This document shows, one piece after another, positions 54,097 through 63,033 of a stretch of DNA of 64,000 nt. The notes below the pieces were generated by a model. It was not told the DNA's origin and made no database searches. It saw only the letters and a list, made by a program, of their open reading frames with translations. Every line of letters begins with the position of its first letter. Position 1 is the stretch's first letter. The DNA comes from Fidelibacterota bacterium (GTDB taxonomy: Bacteria; Fidelibacterota; UBA2242; B5-G15): the NCBI GenBank assembly GCA_017656425.1, contig JACDNV010000002.1:183512-247511 (forward strand), in the 5' to 3' direction. Both the position numbers and the translations under genes were made by a program.

Positions 54097-55476
54097 TTAT
54101 GAACAGATCTCTAAGTTTTTTCTGCATTTATGCATGATTATTGTTGCTATAGTCAGGCTAAGAAGACCAGCTGTTGCATTGCCTAATACAATGCCCCACC
54201 ATACCCCTGGAGAACCCAATTTGATTACTATACTGAGTATATACGCCAATGGTACATTCAAAAGGATCGTTCTTGTTAATGTTATAATTAAAGCAAGAAA
54301 ACCTCTTCTTATTCCCTGAAACATTGCTGAGGTTAGCATCCCAAGTGGTATAAAAGGGTAAAAGGCACACATTACCTTTAGAAAATGAATCAGGTCTTCT
54401 GAAATTCTCCTTGTTTCCGGAGCATAGGTAAAAATAAAGGATACTGGTTTTGCAAAGGTAAAAAGTAAAATTCCAGCTATCACTTCTATAATGAGGCCAG
54501 TTCGTATAGCGTAAAAATATGCAGTTTTTAATTTTTTATACTCTTTTGCTCCATAGGCAGCACCTGTAACAGCTGTTACTCCCATTGCCATTCCGATCAT
54601 TGGTAGTGTGCCTATCATTACGATACGCCAGCCAGAGGTGAATACGGCAACTCCGTCTGTCCCCCCTGCCTTAATAGCGATTAGATTGATAAAGAACATT
54701 GAAAAAGCATTCCCCATTTGAATCATTGACGATGGTATACCAACAGAGAATATTTCCCTTAAAATTTCCTTTGTAAATTTAAATTCATTGAAATGTATTG
54801 ACACAAAAGTTTTTTTCTGAAAGAAAAGCCAATATATGAATAGTGCGGAAACCAGAGCCATCGATAAAATTGATGCTAATGCTGCCCCAACTACACCAAG
54901 TTTTAAAACATAAATGAACATCGGGTCAAGGATTATATTCAATATTGAGCCGGAAACCATTGCCCACATTGCCTTTTTAGTGTCACCTTCCCCTCTTAAA
55001 ATTGCATTTGAAATATTTGAGAAGAAGAGAAATATAGTACCAGCTAGTATGACTCTACCATACTGTGTTGTAAGAAAAGATATGTTTTTAGCACCAAGAT
55101 TTCTTATAATCGTCTCAAGAAAAGGCAGTAGTGGAATGCTTATTATTAGACTTGCAATAAAGGAAAGAACAATTGATTGTATTGCTATTTTGTCTGCAGA
55201 GGCTTTGTCTTTTGCACCTATTTTTCTTGAAATGGCGGAGCTTGCCCCCACGCCTATGCCACCAGCTAGCGACATTAAAATGAAATAAATAGGAAAGAAG
55301 AACCCTATTGCGGCGAGGGAATCAGGTCCCAATCCGGATACCCAGATTGCATCGGCAACATTATATGCAGTCTGTGCTATCATACCTATTGTCATAGGTA
55401 TGGATAGTTTTATTATCGCTTTTTTGGGATTCCCAAGGAGTGTTTTTACTCCAATGGTGATTTTTTCACCTTCCAT
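54097..55476 (-). CDS. MATE-family multidrug/Na+ efflux transporter
   Basis: 12-TM, 459 aa, MATE-like internal duplication. Confidence 0.8.
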   Translation of the reverse strand: MEGEKITIGVKTLLGNPKKAIIKLSIPMTIGMIAQTAYNVADAIWVSGLGPDSLAAIGFFFPIYFILMSLAGGIGVGASSAISRKIGAKDKASADKIAIQSIVLSFIASLIISIPLLPFLETIIRNLGAKNISFLTTQYGRVILAGTIFLFFSNISNAILRGEGDTKKAMWAMVSGSILNIILDPMFIYVLKLGVVGAALASILSMALVSALFIYWLFFQKKTFVSIHFNEFKFTKEILREIFSVGIPSSMIQMGNAFSMFFINLIAIKAGGTDGVAVFTSGWRIVMIGTLPMIGMAMGVTAVTGAAYGAKEYKKLKTAYFYAIRTGLIIEVIAGILLFTFAKPVSFIFTYAPETRRISEDLIHFLKVMCAFYPFIPLGMLTSAMFQGIRRGFLALIITLTRTILLNVPLAYILSIVIKLGSPGVWWGIVLGNATAGLLSLTIATIIMHKCRKNLEICS

Positions 55477-55533
55477 CTTTCTATTATTGAATAGGGTAAT
55501 AATTAAAAAATCGGGTAATTTATGGAAAAATTT

Positions 55534-55977
55534 TTATTTTTTATATGGTAATCCAGATTTAACCCAAGCCTCAAAACCGCCTTCTATATTATATATTCTA
55601 TTAAAACCTAATTCACTCATTATCTCGCATGAAAGTGCACTTCTTCCCCCTGATTTGCAGTATAAGATATAAATTTTATTTTTATCAAGTCCAGATACAT
55701 CCTTTTTAAAATTGTCACTATAGTAATTAATATTTATAGCACTATCAATGTATCCTTCAGAGTATTCTCTCTTTGTTCTTACATCAAGAACGATTATTGA
55801 GTGTGAAAGTTTTGGATTTGTGAGCATTTGATAGGCACTGTCTGGTGAAATATTAAAGTATTTTTGCTCTGATTCAACCTCCTTCTTTTTTTCGATATTT
55901 TTTTCGCAATTAATTAATATTAGAGATGTAGTAACAATTAAAGAAATGAAAGTCAAAATAAATTTTGAATTTCTCAT
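55534..55977 (-). CDS. Rhodanese-domain sulfurtransferase lipoprotein
   Basis: Signal peptide + lipobox (LINC); active-site loop YCKSGGRS. Confidence 0.8.
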   Translation of the reverse strand: MRNSKFILTFISLIVTTSLILINCEKNIEKKKEVESEQKYFNISPDSAYQMLTNPKLSHSIIVLDVRTKREYSEGYIDSAININYYSDNFKKDVSGLDKNKIYILYCKSGGRSALSCEIMSELGFNRIYNIEGGFEAWVKSGLPYKK

Positions 55978-56025
55978 TTTCTCCCCCTATTTCTTGATGG
56001 ATTTTCCGTTTAAATTTTTAATAGT

Positions 56026-56496
56026 CTACTTTCGAGATGCTTTTGCTTCTGATAGACGGATGAAATGTTTTCTTTCTTCATTGATTATATCATTGATTAA
56101 TTTTTTATCAACTTCGGAGATAAGCTCAATTATCTCTTTGTAATAAAGAATTGATTTTAATTCAACCTCTATTGCATAATTCAGTGCCCTATCAAGAGTA
56201 TCAACTTTTTCTATTTCTGATTCGACTGATTCAGGGAAGATAACTTCTTTTAGGTATTCGTCTATGTAATTGAAGAACTCACCGGGATAAGATTCAGATA
56301 TTTTTATATTTCCAAGTCTTGCTTCCATATTCTCAAAAACTTTTTTATGTTCTAGTTCCTGATTTGCAAGATCAACAAATAAACTTTTGATATTGGTATC
56401 GTCAAATTTTTCCGAGACTTTGCGGTAAAAATATTCACCATTTTCTTCGATTTTGATTGCAAATTCGAATACTTCTTTTGCTGTTAAAAGTCCCAT
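56026..56496 (-). CDS. Ferritin-like diiron protein (rubrerythrin family, no rubredoxin domain)
   Basis: Four-helix-bundle length with E…ExxH x2 (ELEH, EERKH). Confidence 0.55.
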   Translation of the reverse strand: MGLLTAKEVFEFAIKIEENGEYFYRKVSEKFDDTNIKSLFVDLANQELEHKKVFENMEARLGNIKISESYPGEFFNYIDEYLKEVIFPESVESEIEKVDTLDRALNYAIEVELKSILYYKEIIELISEVDKKLINDIINEERKHFIRLSEAKASRK

Positions 56497-56517
56497 TATC
56501 TCCCCCTATTTTAAATC

Positions 56518-57690
56518 TTACAATGTATTTAGCTTTTCAATAATTTTGTTTGCAAGTTCCTCAATTTTTGTAAAATCTTCTTTTTTAGGATACCCTTTTA
56601 TTAAAAATGGATCAATTATTTCTGCTTTAAGATTACTCATCATAGAGGTAGCTACTTCAAGTGCTTTGCCGCCCCATCCGTAGGAACCGATAATGGATAT
56701 ATACTTTGTCTTTGGTCTAAGAGCGTTGATCAGGTATAGTGCATAAGCTGCAGGTGGATGTAAACCTGTTAGTACAGTCGGTGTTGCAAGTATAATAGCT
56801 GCGGCATCTACAAGTTTTATTGCAAGTTGACCGATATCAGCTACTGTAAGATTTATGGGAGTTACTGTTACCCCTTTATTTAATAGATAATCTACAAGAT
56901 ATTCTACAATTGCTTTTGTACTACCATGCATAGATACATATGGTATCAGTATCTCTTTTTTTACATTGTCAGAGATCCAGTCTTTATATGCATTTATTAT
57001 AAAATCTGGATTATTATAAATAGGGCCGTGACTTGGTGCGATAATATCAAATTTGAATTTTTCGATTTTTCTAAGATTGTTTTTAATAATGCTTCTAAAA
57101 GGCATCATGATCTCTGCATAGTATCTTTTTGCTGGTTCATGTATAGTTTCTTCATCAGTATAAAGATCTGAGGTGGCAAGGTGGGAGCCGAAGAAATCGC
57201 AGGTAAACAGGACCTTATCTTCCTTTAGATAGGTAACCATTGTTTCTGGCCAATGGACCCATGGAGTTAATATGAATTGCAAAGTTTTATTTCCAAGGTT
57301 TAGTTCATCCTTGTCGTCTATTACAATGAATCTGTTATCCGGAATTAAAAGAAGGTCTTTTAAAAATACAACGTTTTTGGCATTCGTAACTACTTTAGCA
57401 TCAGGGAATTTTTCAAGTATATGGGGAATTAGTCCAGAATGATCCTGTTCTGCGTGGTTCGAAATTATATAATCAATTTTGTCGGCACCTGTTCGTGAAA
57501 GCTGTGAGAAAAAATTTTTCTCCATAGATGGGTCGGCTGTATCTATAAGGGCTATCTTGTCACTTCCTTTAATAAGGTAAGCATTGTACGAGGTGCCATC
57601 GGGTAGTGGGATAAGCTCATCAAATAGTCTTCTATCCCAGTGCCTTACCCCAATATAGAATATATCATCTTTTATCTTCTGGATTGTCAT
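56518..57690 (-). CDS. Flavodiiron protein (A-type flavoprotein; O2/NO reductase)
   Basis: MBL-like diiron domain motif HAEQDHSG + C-terminal flavodoxin domain (PYVSMHGSTK). Confidence 0.85.
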   Translation of the reverse strand: MTIQKIKDDIFYIGVRHWDRRLFDELIPLPDGTSYNAYLIKGSDKIALIDTADPSMEKNFFSQLSRTGADKIDYIISNHAEQDHSGLIPHILEKFPDAKVVTNAKNVVFLKDLLLIPDNRFIVIDDKDELNLGNKTLQFILTPWVHWPETMVTYLKEDKVLFTCDFFGSHLATSDLYTDEETIHEPAKRYYAEIMMPFRSIIKNNLRKIEKFKFDIIAPSHGPIYNNPDFIINAYKDWISDNVKKEILIPYVSMHGSTKAIVEYLVDYLLNKGVTVTPINLTVADIGQLAIKLVDAAAIILATPTVLTGLHPPAAYALYLINALRPKTKYISIIGSYGWGGKALEVATSMMSNLKAEIIDPFLIKGYPKKEDFTKIEELANKIIEKLNTL

Positions 57691-57723
57691 GTATGTTTCC
57701 TCCTTGGAATTAGTCCTGAACGA

Positions 57724-57888
57724 TTAATCTTCTACAGGTTCAAATTCCTCTTTTCCTGCGCCACATACGGGGCATACCCAATCATCAGGTAATTCTTCGA
57801 AAGGCGTCCCGGGATCGATATCACCATCCGAATCGCCTACTTCTGGATCATATACGTAACCGCATACTTTACATTCATACTTTTTCAT
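57724..57888 (-). CDS. Rubredoxin (54 aa; not in the ORF track)
   Basis: My translation: [54 protein letters not shown] — CxxCG…CPxCG with aromatic core. Confidence 0.85.
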   Translation of the reverse strand: MKKYECKVCGYVYDPEVGDSDGDIDPGTPFEELPDDWVCPVCGAGKEEFEPVED

Positions 57889-57900
57889 TATTTTACCCTT

Positions 57901-59091
57901 CTAATCGTCCAGTAGTCTTTTTTCACCTTTTAAGTTTTTTATCTTAGTTACATCCTGAGTCACCTCAATTACTCCAAGATACCGTCCGTTTTTATCCCTG
58001 ACAGGGAAATATCTAATATAAATCAATCTATCATTCATATTAATCCAAAAGTCAGCAGATTCTCTTCTATTATTTTTAAAGTCCTCAATAATCTTATTCA
58101 CAATGTGGATACTCTTCTGAGGATGACATTGCTGTACTTTTCGTCCTATTACTGCTTTAGTCCTTGCAAAAATTCTTTCTTTTGATTGGTTGAAATACCT
58201 TACTTCATCATTTGCGTCAACAAATGTTATATCAATAGGTAGGGAGTTCAATATTGCTTCTATCTCTTCTTTTTTAAATTTACCAGTGTCAAGTTGAATC
58301 CACCCCTCATCCCCGCTTGATTTGGCAACAACTGCTTCTTCAATATCTATTTTAAATTCACCAGGTTCCGGTGTGAAACAGCAGTAGCCTATCTTATCAA
58401 AATCTTTTCTTATAGTGACCCATTCATTATCTGTTATTACTCGAAGAGCAGTTGGAAAGAGGATGTTGTTTTCTTTATAAAAGTGGCTTGATAGTAGTTC
58501 GTGTAGTTGTTTCGTGAGATTTTTTAATTCTTCAGTAGCTATGTACTCTTTTTTATCTGCAATAGAATAAATTTGTTTTTTTAAAGCTCTAATATTATCG
58601 TGTTCCATCCACATTATAGCTGGAGGTTGTGTTATACCATGCTTCTCTAAAAATGGGAAGAGAGCATTTTCCTCTCGAATGTAGTGCTTTTCCGATTCCT
58701 TTAAATGTTCGATTATATGGTCAAATTTTTCCGGGGCAATGTTTCCTGAGTTAATCATTTCTTTTAATTTTTCAGAGAAATCAATAAGACGATCGTGTTC
58801 ATTATACAGAATTTGTATGGGGTGGCTATTATCGAGATTTTTAGGCTTTGATTTTTCTAATGACTCTTTCATTAACGCTATATGGGCATCGCATAATTTA
58901 TGAACCTCATCAACTGGCATGCCGTCTCTAATAAGTTCCTCCTCAATCTTTGCCAATTGATCGGGATTTATATCGCCAATGTATTTTGAGAATTCCTTTT
59001 TTGCTTCTTCTAGTGGATATCCCTGATGTAGTTTTTTTATTAACTCTTTAATCTTTTCTTTTTTACCCTCGATGCCGAAGATATCACTCAT
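57901..59091 (-). CDS. Hemerythrin-like metal-binding + PAS domain protein (DUF438-like architecture)
   Basis: Two H…E…H / HxxxE…LFP blocks (ESEKHYIREENALFP; LSSHFYKENNILFP), C-terminal PAS-like region. Confidence 0.45.
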   Translation of the reverse strand: MSDIFGIEGKKEKIKELIKKLHQGYPLEEAKKEFSKYIGDINPDQLAKIEEELIRDGMPVDEVHKLCDAHIALMKESLEKSKPKNLDNSHPIQILYNEHDRLIDFSEKLKEMINSGNIAPEKFDHIIEHLKESEKHYIREENALFPFLEKHGITQPPAIMWMEHDNIRALKKQIYSIADKKEYIATEELKNLTKQLHELLSSHFYKENNILFPTALRVITDNEWVTIRKDFDKIGYCCFTPEPGEFKIDIEEAVVAKSSGDEGWIQLDTGKFKKEEIEAILNSLPIDITFVDANDEVRYFNQSKERIFARTKAVIGRKVQQCHPQKSIHIVNKIIEDFKNNRRESADFWINMNDRLIYIRYFPVRDKNGRYLGVIEVTQDVTKIKNLKGEKRLLDD

Positions 59092-59130
59092 AGATTTTTC
59101 TCCTTACGTTGCTTGATGTTTTTATTTTAA

Positions 59131-59355
59131 CTAAAAGACCTGTTCGACCCTTTTTACTTCTGGCACCTCTTCCTTTAGTCTGTTTTCGATGCCCATTCTT
59201 AAAGTGTAGGTGCTCATGGGACAGCCTCCACAGGCACCGGTTAAACGGAGTTTTACTATACCGTCTTCAGTTACTTCAACAAGTTCCACATCCCCTCCAT
59301 CTGCCTGGAGATATGGCCTTAGGGACTCAATTACTTTTTCTATTTTTTCTTTCAT
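59131..59355 (-). CDS. NifU-like (Nfu) Fe-S cluster scaffold domain protein
   Basis: 74 aa, …[11 protein letters not shown]…[15 protein letters not shown]… CxxC motif. Confidence 0.8.
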   Translation of the reverse strand: MKEKIEKVIESLRPYLQADGGDVELVEVTEDGIVKLRLTGACGGCPMSTYTLRMGIENRLKEEVPEVKRVEQVF

Positions 59356-59376
59356 GATTTTTGCTCCTGTTTAATT

Positions 59377-59883
59377 TTAAAATTTTTTAAAGATTTCTTT
59401 TTTTGCTTTGCATATTGGACATTCATCAGGTGGTATTCCCACATGTGTATAACCGCAGACAGGGCAGATATAAATATCTTCTATTTCGATATCCTGCTCT
59501 TTTTCAACAACTGTTTTTGAATCTCGGTACATTTTCTCGTGAATTTTCTCAGCCTCTAGTGCATAGTGAAAAGATTGGACAGCTAGATTTTCATTTTGAA
59601 GCTGAGCAGAATTTTTAAAAACCGGGTACATTTCGGTTACTTCATAATGTTCACCCTCTATGCAGGATTGTATATTAGCTGGTAAATCATCAGTGAAGAT
59701 TCCTAGGATTCTTGCATGATTTGTTGCATGAACCTGCTCTGCATAGGCAATAGCTTTAAACATTCTTGCGAGATTTTTATATCCCTTTTTCTCGGCTATT
59801 TCGCTATAAATAATATATTTCATATGAGCCATGGACTCCCCGGCAAAGGCGTCCTTTAGAAATTGTTCTGTCATTTTTTTCAT
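59377..59883 (-). CDS. rbr: Rubrerythrin
   Basis: Ferritin-like diiron domain (AFAGES…EQVH…E..H) + C-terminal rubredoxin-like CPVCGYTH…CPICK; start set at MKKMTEQ Met adjacent to fur stop rather than the longer track ORF. Confidence 0.85.
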   Translation of the reverse strand: MKKMTEQFLKDAFAGESMAHMKYIIYSEIAEKKGYKNLARMFKAIAYAEQVHATNHARILGIFTDDLPANIQSCIEGEHYEVTEMYPVFKNSAQLQNENLAVQSFHYALEAEKIHEKMYRDSKTVVEKEQDIEIEDIYICPVCGYTHVGIPPDECPICKAKKEIFKKF

Positions 59884-59884
59884 T

Positions 59885-60316
59885 TTATTCACTTTCTTCA
59901 CTTTTCTGGCAGTCTTTGCATATGCCTTTGAAATATCCATGTATTTCCTGTATTAGATGACCTCTGACTTTTGCATATTTTCCCTCAGCAAGCGGGCATC
60001 TTACGTTAATGTCAAAAATTCTTCCACACTTTTTACATAAAAAATGGTGATGATTTTTGCGTTTTATTTCATATCGAGCTTCGCTACCTGTGATTAGAAT
60101 TTCATCTGCTATCCCCGCTTCGACAAATCCGGCAAGGGTGTTGTATACAGTAGTTCTACTTGCTGTCGGGATATCTTTTCTTATTTCTTTAAAAATGTTA
60201 TCGACAGTCGGATGATCCTCATTTTCAGATAGTATCTGGTATATTCTCACTCGCGGGTAAGTTGGCTTAATTCCCTTTTCACTTAATATTTTCTTAACTT
60301 CATCAATTGTAATCAT
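59885..60316 (-). CDS. Fur-family metalloregulator (PerR-like by context)
   Basis: Winged helix + HHHFLCKKCGRIFDI…C..C metal sites; heads a peroxide-stress operon. Confidence 0.8.
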   Translation of the reverse strand: MITIDEVKKILSEKGIKPTYPRVRIYQILSENEDHPTVDNIFKEIRKDIPTASRTTVYNTLAGFVEAGIADEILITGSEARYEIKRKNHHHFLCKKCGRIFDINVRCPLAEGKYAKVRGHLIQEIHGYFKGICKDCQKSEESE

Positions 60317-60328
60317 TACAAAAGTATA

Positions 60329-60348
60329 TTAATTACAAATATAATTAA
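60329..60348. promoter_or_regulatory. Inverted repeat TTAATTA-N6-TAATTAA immediately upstream of the fur-like gene
   Basis: Direct reading; 13 bp upstream of the ATG; candidate autoregulatory Fur/PerR operator. Confidence 0.25.
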
Positions 60349-60360
60349 TGTCAAGAAATT

Positions 60361-61026
60361 TTATTTAAATATGTCTCCTGTCTCATTATACCAGAATATA
60401 AAATCAATATAATAAATTGGTATACCCAGGTTTTTTGAAAAATTATAAATCCTTTTTTCAATATATAAATAATGACGTCGGCTCATGCTATAATCAATAC
60501 TATCTATTATACCGTATTTTTTTAAATTTTTCAATATATGTCTGTCAAGTATTGCAAGTTTTCTGCCTATCCAAATATTTCTTAGAAAATGACTTGCCTC
60601 TTTATAACCAAACCCTTTAATGTTTTTTACAAGTATCTCTCTTATTCTCTTTACATCATTATCTGTTTTTATTATTTCTAAAATCTTATCTATTTTCCCA
60701 TTATCTAAGTCTAATCTCAGTTGAGATAGGTAGCTGAGTTTGTTATTTGGAAATCTTACACCATACAGACAATTTTTTAAAGTGCTTTTGTTCAAGTTTA
60801 TAAATGCGTTGGTTTCTTTTATCTTTTTTACCGTTTCCCAGCAGACCCTTGCTTTCGATTGAGGGGTCAAAATGCAAAATATTAGTTCAAATAAAATTTC
60901 ATATTTATCAAATCTATCCCAGATATTTTTAAATTCCAGCAGACGGTTATCTATTTGTAGTTTTAGCTTTTTGTATAATTTTTGAAGAGTATCGAATTCA
61001 CCCACATTATACTCAAAGTTTAACAT
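60361..61026 (-). CDS. ogg: Archaeal-type 8-oxoguanine DNA glycosylase/AP lyase (Ogg2-like, HhH-GPD)
   Basis: HhH-GPD motif GFGYKEASHFLRN…LDRHI; ~220 aa. Confidence 0.65.
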   Translation of the reverse strand: MLNFEYNVGEFDTLQKLYKKLKLQIDNRLLEFKNIWDRFDKYEILFELIFCILTPQSKARVCWETVKKIKETNAFINLNKSTLKNCLYGVRFPNNKLSYLSQLRLDLDNGKIDKILEIIKTDNDVKRIREILVKNIKGFGYKEASHFLRNIWIGRKLAILDRHILKNLKKYGIIDSIDYSMSRRHYLYIEKRIYNFSKNLGIPIYYIDFIFWYNETGDIFK

Positions 61027-61369
61027 TAATATTATGAATAAATCACTGATTTATAAACTTAAAACTGAGCAATCTAAAAATTTATTACTCATTAATCCGA
61101 GGATATGATTTAGTTTAAATATTCTCTCAGTATATAATCCCGTGAAGTAAATAGGGGGCTTAAAAATCAAAATGGATATTTCATGTCCTCAAGCTTGACA
61201 TATGTTTAAATTAGAAATGTTGTAAATGTTGTGTTACTGTAAACCTATACTGGTTTGGATCAGTTTTGAAAATCTGATGCAATATAATATTATGTACTTT
61301 TTATTTTAATTTTTATATTAGCCTATAAAATGAAATCTATGAGTGCTAATATGGAGGAGATGAATAAAA

Positions 61370-61693
61370 ATGAATAGTCGTATAACAATTGGTATAATAT
61401 TAATAGCGATTGGAATTGTTTTTCTAATTGGAAATTTTGATATTTTTGATTTTGAGAATATATGGCCAGTTGTGATGACTATCCCGGGTTTTGTTTTATT
61501 ATATCTTACATTTATGAAAAAAGAAAAAGGTTTTGCTGTACCGGGAACAATACTAACAGTTCTGGGAATATATTTTCTTTACGAATCCTACAATAACTGG
61601 AATACTATTGATGAGCTGTGGCCTATCTTTATAATAACACCTGGTCTTGGATTTATAGTTATGCATTTTGTGGAAAAGATGAAGAAGGATTAA
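61370..61693 (+). CDS. Small 4-TM membrane protein with internal tandem repeat (LiaF/LiaI-like TM domain)
   Basis: Two ~45-aa repeats G.IL…GI.FL…WP…PG; 107 aa. Confidence 0.4.
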   Translation: MNSRITIGIILIAIGIVFLIGNFDIFDFENIWPVVMTIPGFVLLYLTFMKKEKGFAVPGTILTVLGIYFLYESYNNWNTIDELWPIFIITPGLGFIVMHFVEKMKKD

Positions 61694-63033
61694 ACTTCTA
61701 TGCCAAGCTCATCGATTTTTCTATATAGCGATGAAAGTCCGATTCCTAAAATTTTTGATGCTTTCACTTTATCATTTCCTGTTCTTCTCATGATAGCAAG
61801 TATATGTTGTCTTTCAAATTGTCTTACAGCGGATTTAAGCTCATCAGGATAGCCTTCATGTACCTGACTTGCTGTATGTGGTGGTAAATCTTTCAGTGTA
61901 ATATAGTCACCTTCACATAAAAGAACTGCGCGTTCTATCATATTTTCCAATTCTCTTACCTCACCTTTGTAATTATAGTTCATCAGAACTTTCATTGTTT
62001 CGTTATCAACTCCACGTACTTTTCTTTTTAATTCATGGTTGTATTTTCTGATGAAGTGTTCAATTAGAAGAGGTATGTCCTCTCTTCTTTCGTTCAGTGA
62101 AGGAAGATGTATTTCTATAATATTTAATCTATAGTAGAGGTCTTCCCTGAAATTTCCTTCTTCAATTTCTTTCTTGAGATCCTTGTTGGTTGCAGATAAA
62201 ACTCTTACATCTACTTTTAATGTTGTATTACTTCCTAGAGGTTTTATTTCCTTTGATTCAATAGCTCTTAGAAGCTTTACCTGTATATGAATGGGTATTT
62301 CTCCAACCTCATCAAGAAAAAGAGTTCCGCCATTAGCAGCACGAAAAACCCCGTCTTTATCCATAGTAGCACCGGTGAAGCTACCTTTTTTGAATCCAAA
62401 CAGCTCGCTTTCAAAGAGATTTTCTGGTATAGCGCCACAATTAATCGGAATAAAAGGTGCATTCGCTCTCGGACTTGCTTGGTGAATAGCTCTGGCAACC
62501 AGTTCTTTCCCGGTTCCACTTTTTCCTGTTATCAATATGTTTGAGTTTGAATTTGCTACTTTTTTTATAAGTTGAAATACATTTTGAATTGCGGGACTTT
62601 TTCCAATTATTATGTTTTCATTGAATTTAGAATGAATTTCCTTTCTTAGATATTGTACTTCAAGATTAAGTTGCTGATATTGCTTTATCCTTTTTACTCT
62701 CATAATGACTTCATCGAAGTCCACCGGTTTAATGAGATAATCGACAGCACCGCGTCTTAGAGCTTCTATTGCAGTTTCTACAGTTGCGTAGGCAGTGATT
62801 ATTATTGTCAGAGTTTTGGGGCTTATTCTATTGGTTGTTTCTAAAACTTCCATTCCATTTTTCTTTGGCATTTTAATATCCACGATCAATATATCGAAAT
62901 TTTCTTTTTCGATAAGTTTTATTGCCTCTTCTCCATCTGCTGCTGTATTACATTCAAATCCTTCTTCAGAGAGTACAGTATACAATGAGTTCCTTAGCTC
63001 TCTTTCATCATCAGCTATAAGTATTCTTGTCAT
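61690..63033 (-). CDS. Sigma-54-dependent response regulator (NtrC family; REC-AAA+-HTH)
   Basis: REC domain (ILIADDE…D…K), AAA+ with GAFTGA-type loop (KKGSFTGA), C-terminal Fis-type HTH. Confidence 0.9.
   Translation of the reverse strand: MTRILIADDERELRNSLYTVLSEEGFECNTAADGEEAIKLIEKENFDILIVDIKMPKKNGMEVLETTNRISPKTLTIIITAYATVETAIEALRRGAVDYLIKPVDFDEVIMRVKRIKQYQQLNLEVQYLRKEIHSKFNENIIIGKSPAIQNVFQLIKKVANSNSNILITGKSGTGKELVARAIHQASPRANAPFIPINCGAIPENLFESELFGFKKGSFTGATMDKDGVFRAANGGTLFLDEVGEIPIHIQVKLLRAIESKEIKPLGSNTTLKVDVRVLSATNKDLKKEIEEGNFREDLYYRLNIIEIHLPSLNERREDIPLLIEHFIRKYNHELKRKVRGVDNETMKVLMNYNYKGEVRELENMIERAVLLCEGDYITLKDLPPHTASQVHEGYPDELKSAVRQFERQHILAIMRRTGNDKVKASKILGIGLSSLYRKIDELGIEV

Noticed and set aside
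59109-59357. 82-aa plus-strand ORF overlapping nifU-like gene
   Set aside because: The minus-strand frame encodes a clean NifU-like domain (CGGCP); the plus-strand product is Leu/Pro-rich with no features
59377-59940. Longer rubrerythrin ORF overlapping fur by 56 nt
   Set aside because: The first 19 residues (MDISKAYAKTARKVKKVNK) precede the canonical rubrerythrin N-terminus (…FLKDAFAGES…); the internal Met at 59883 abutting the fur stop is the more plausible start
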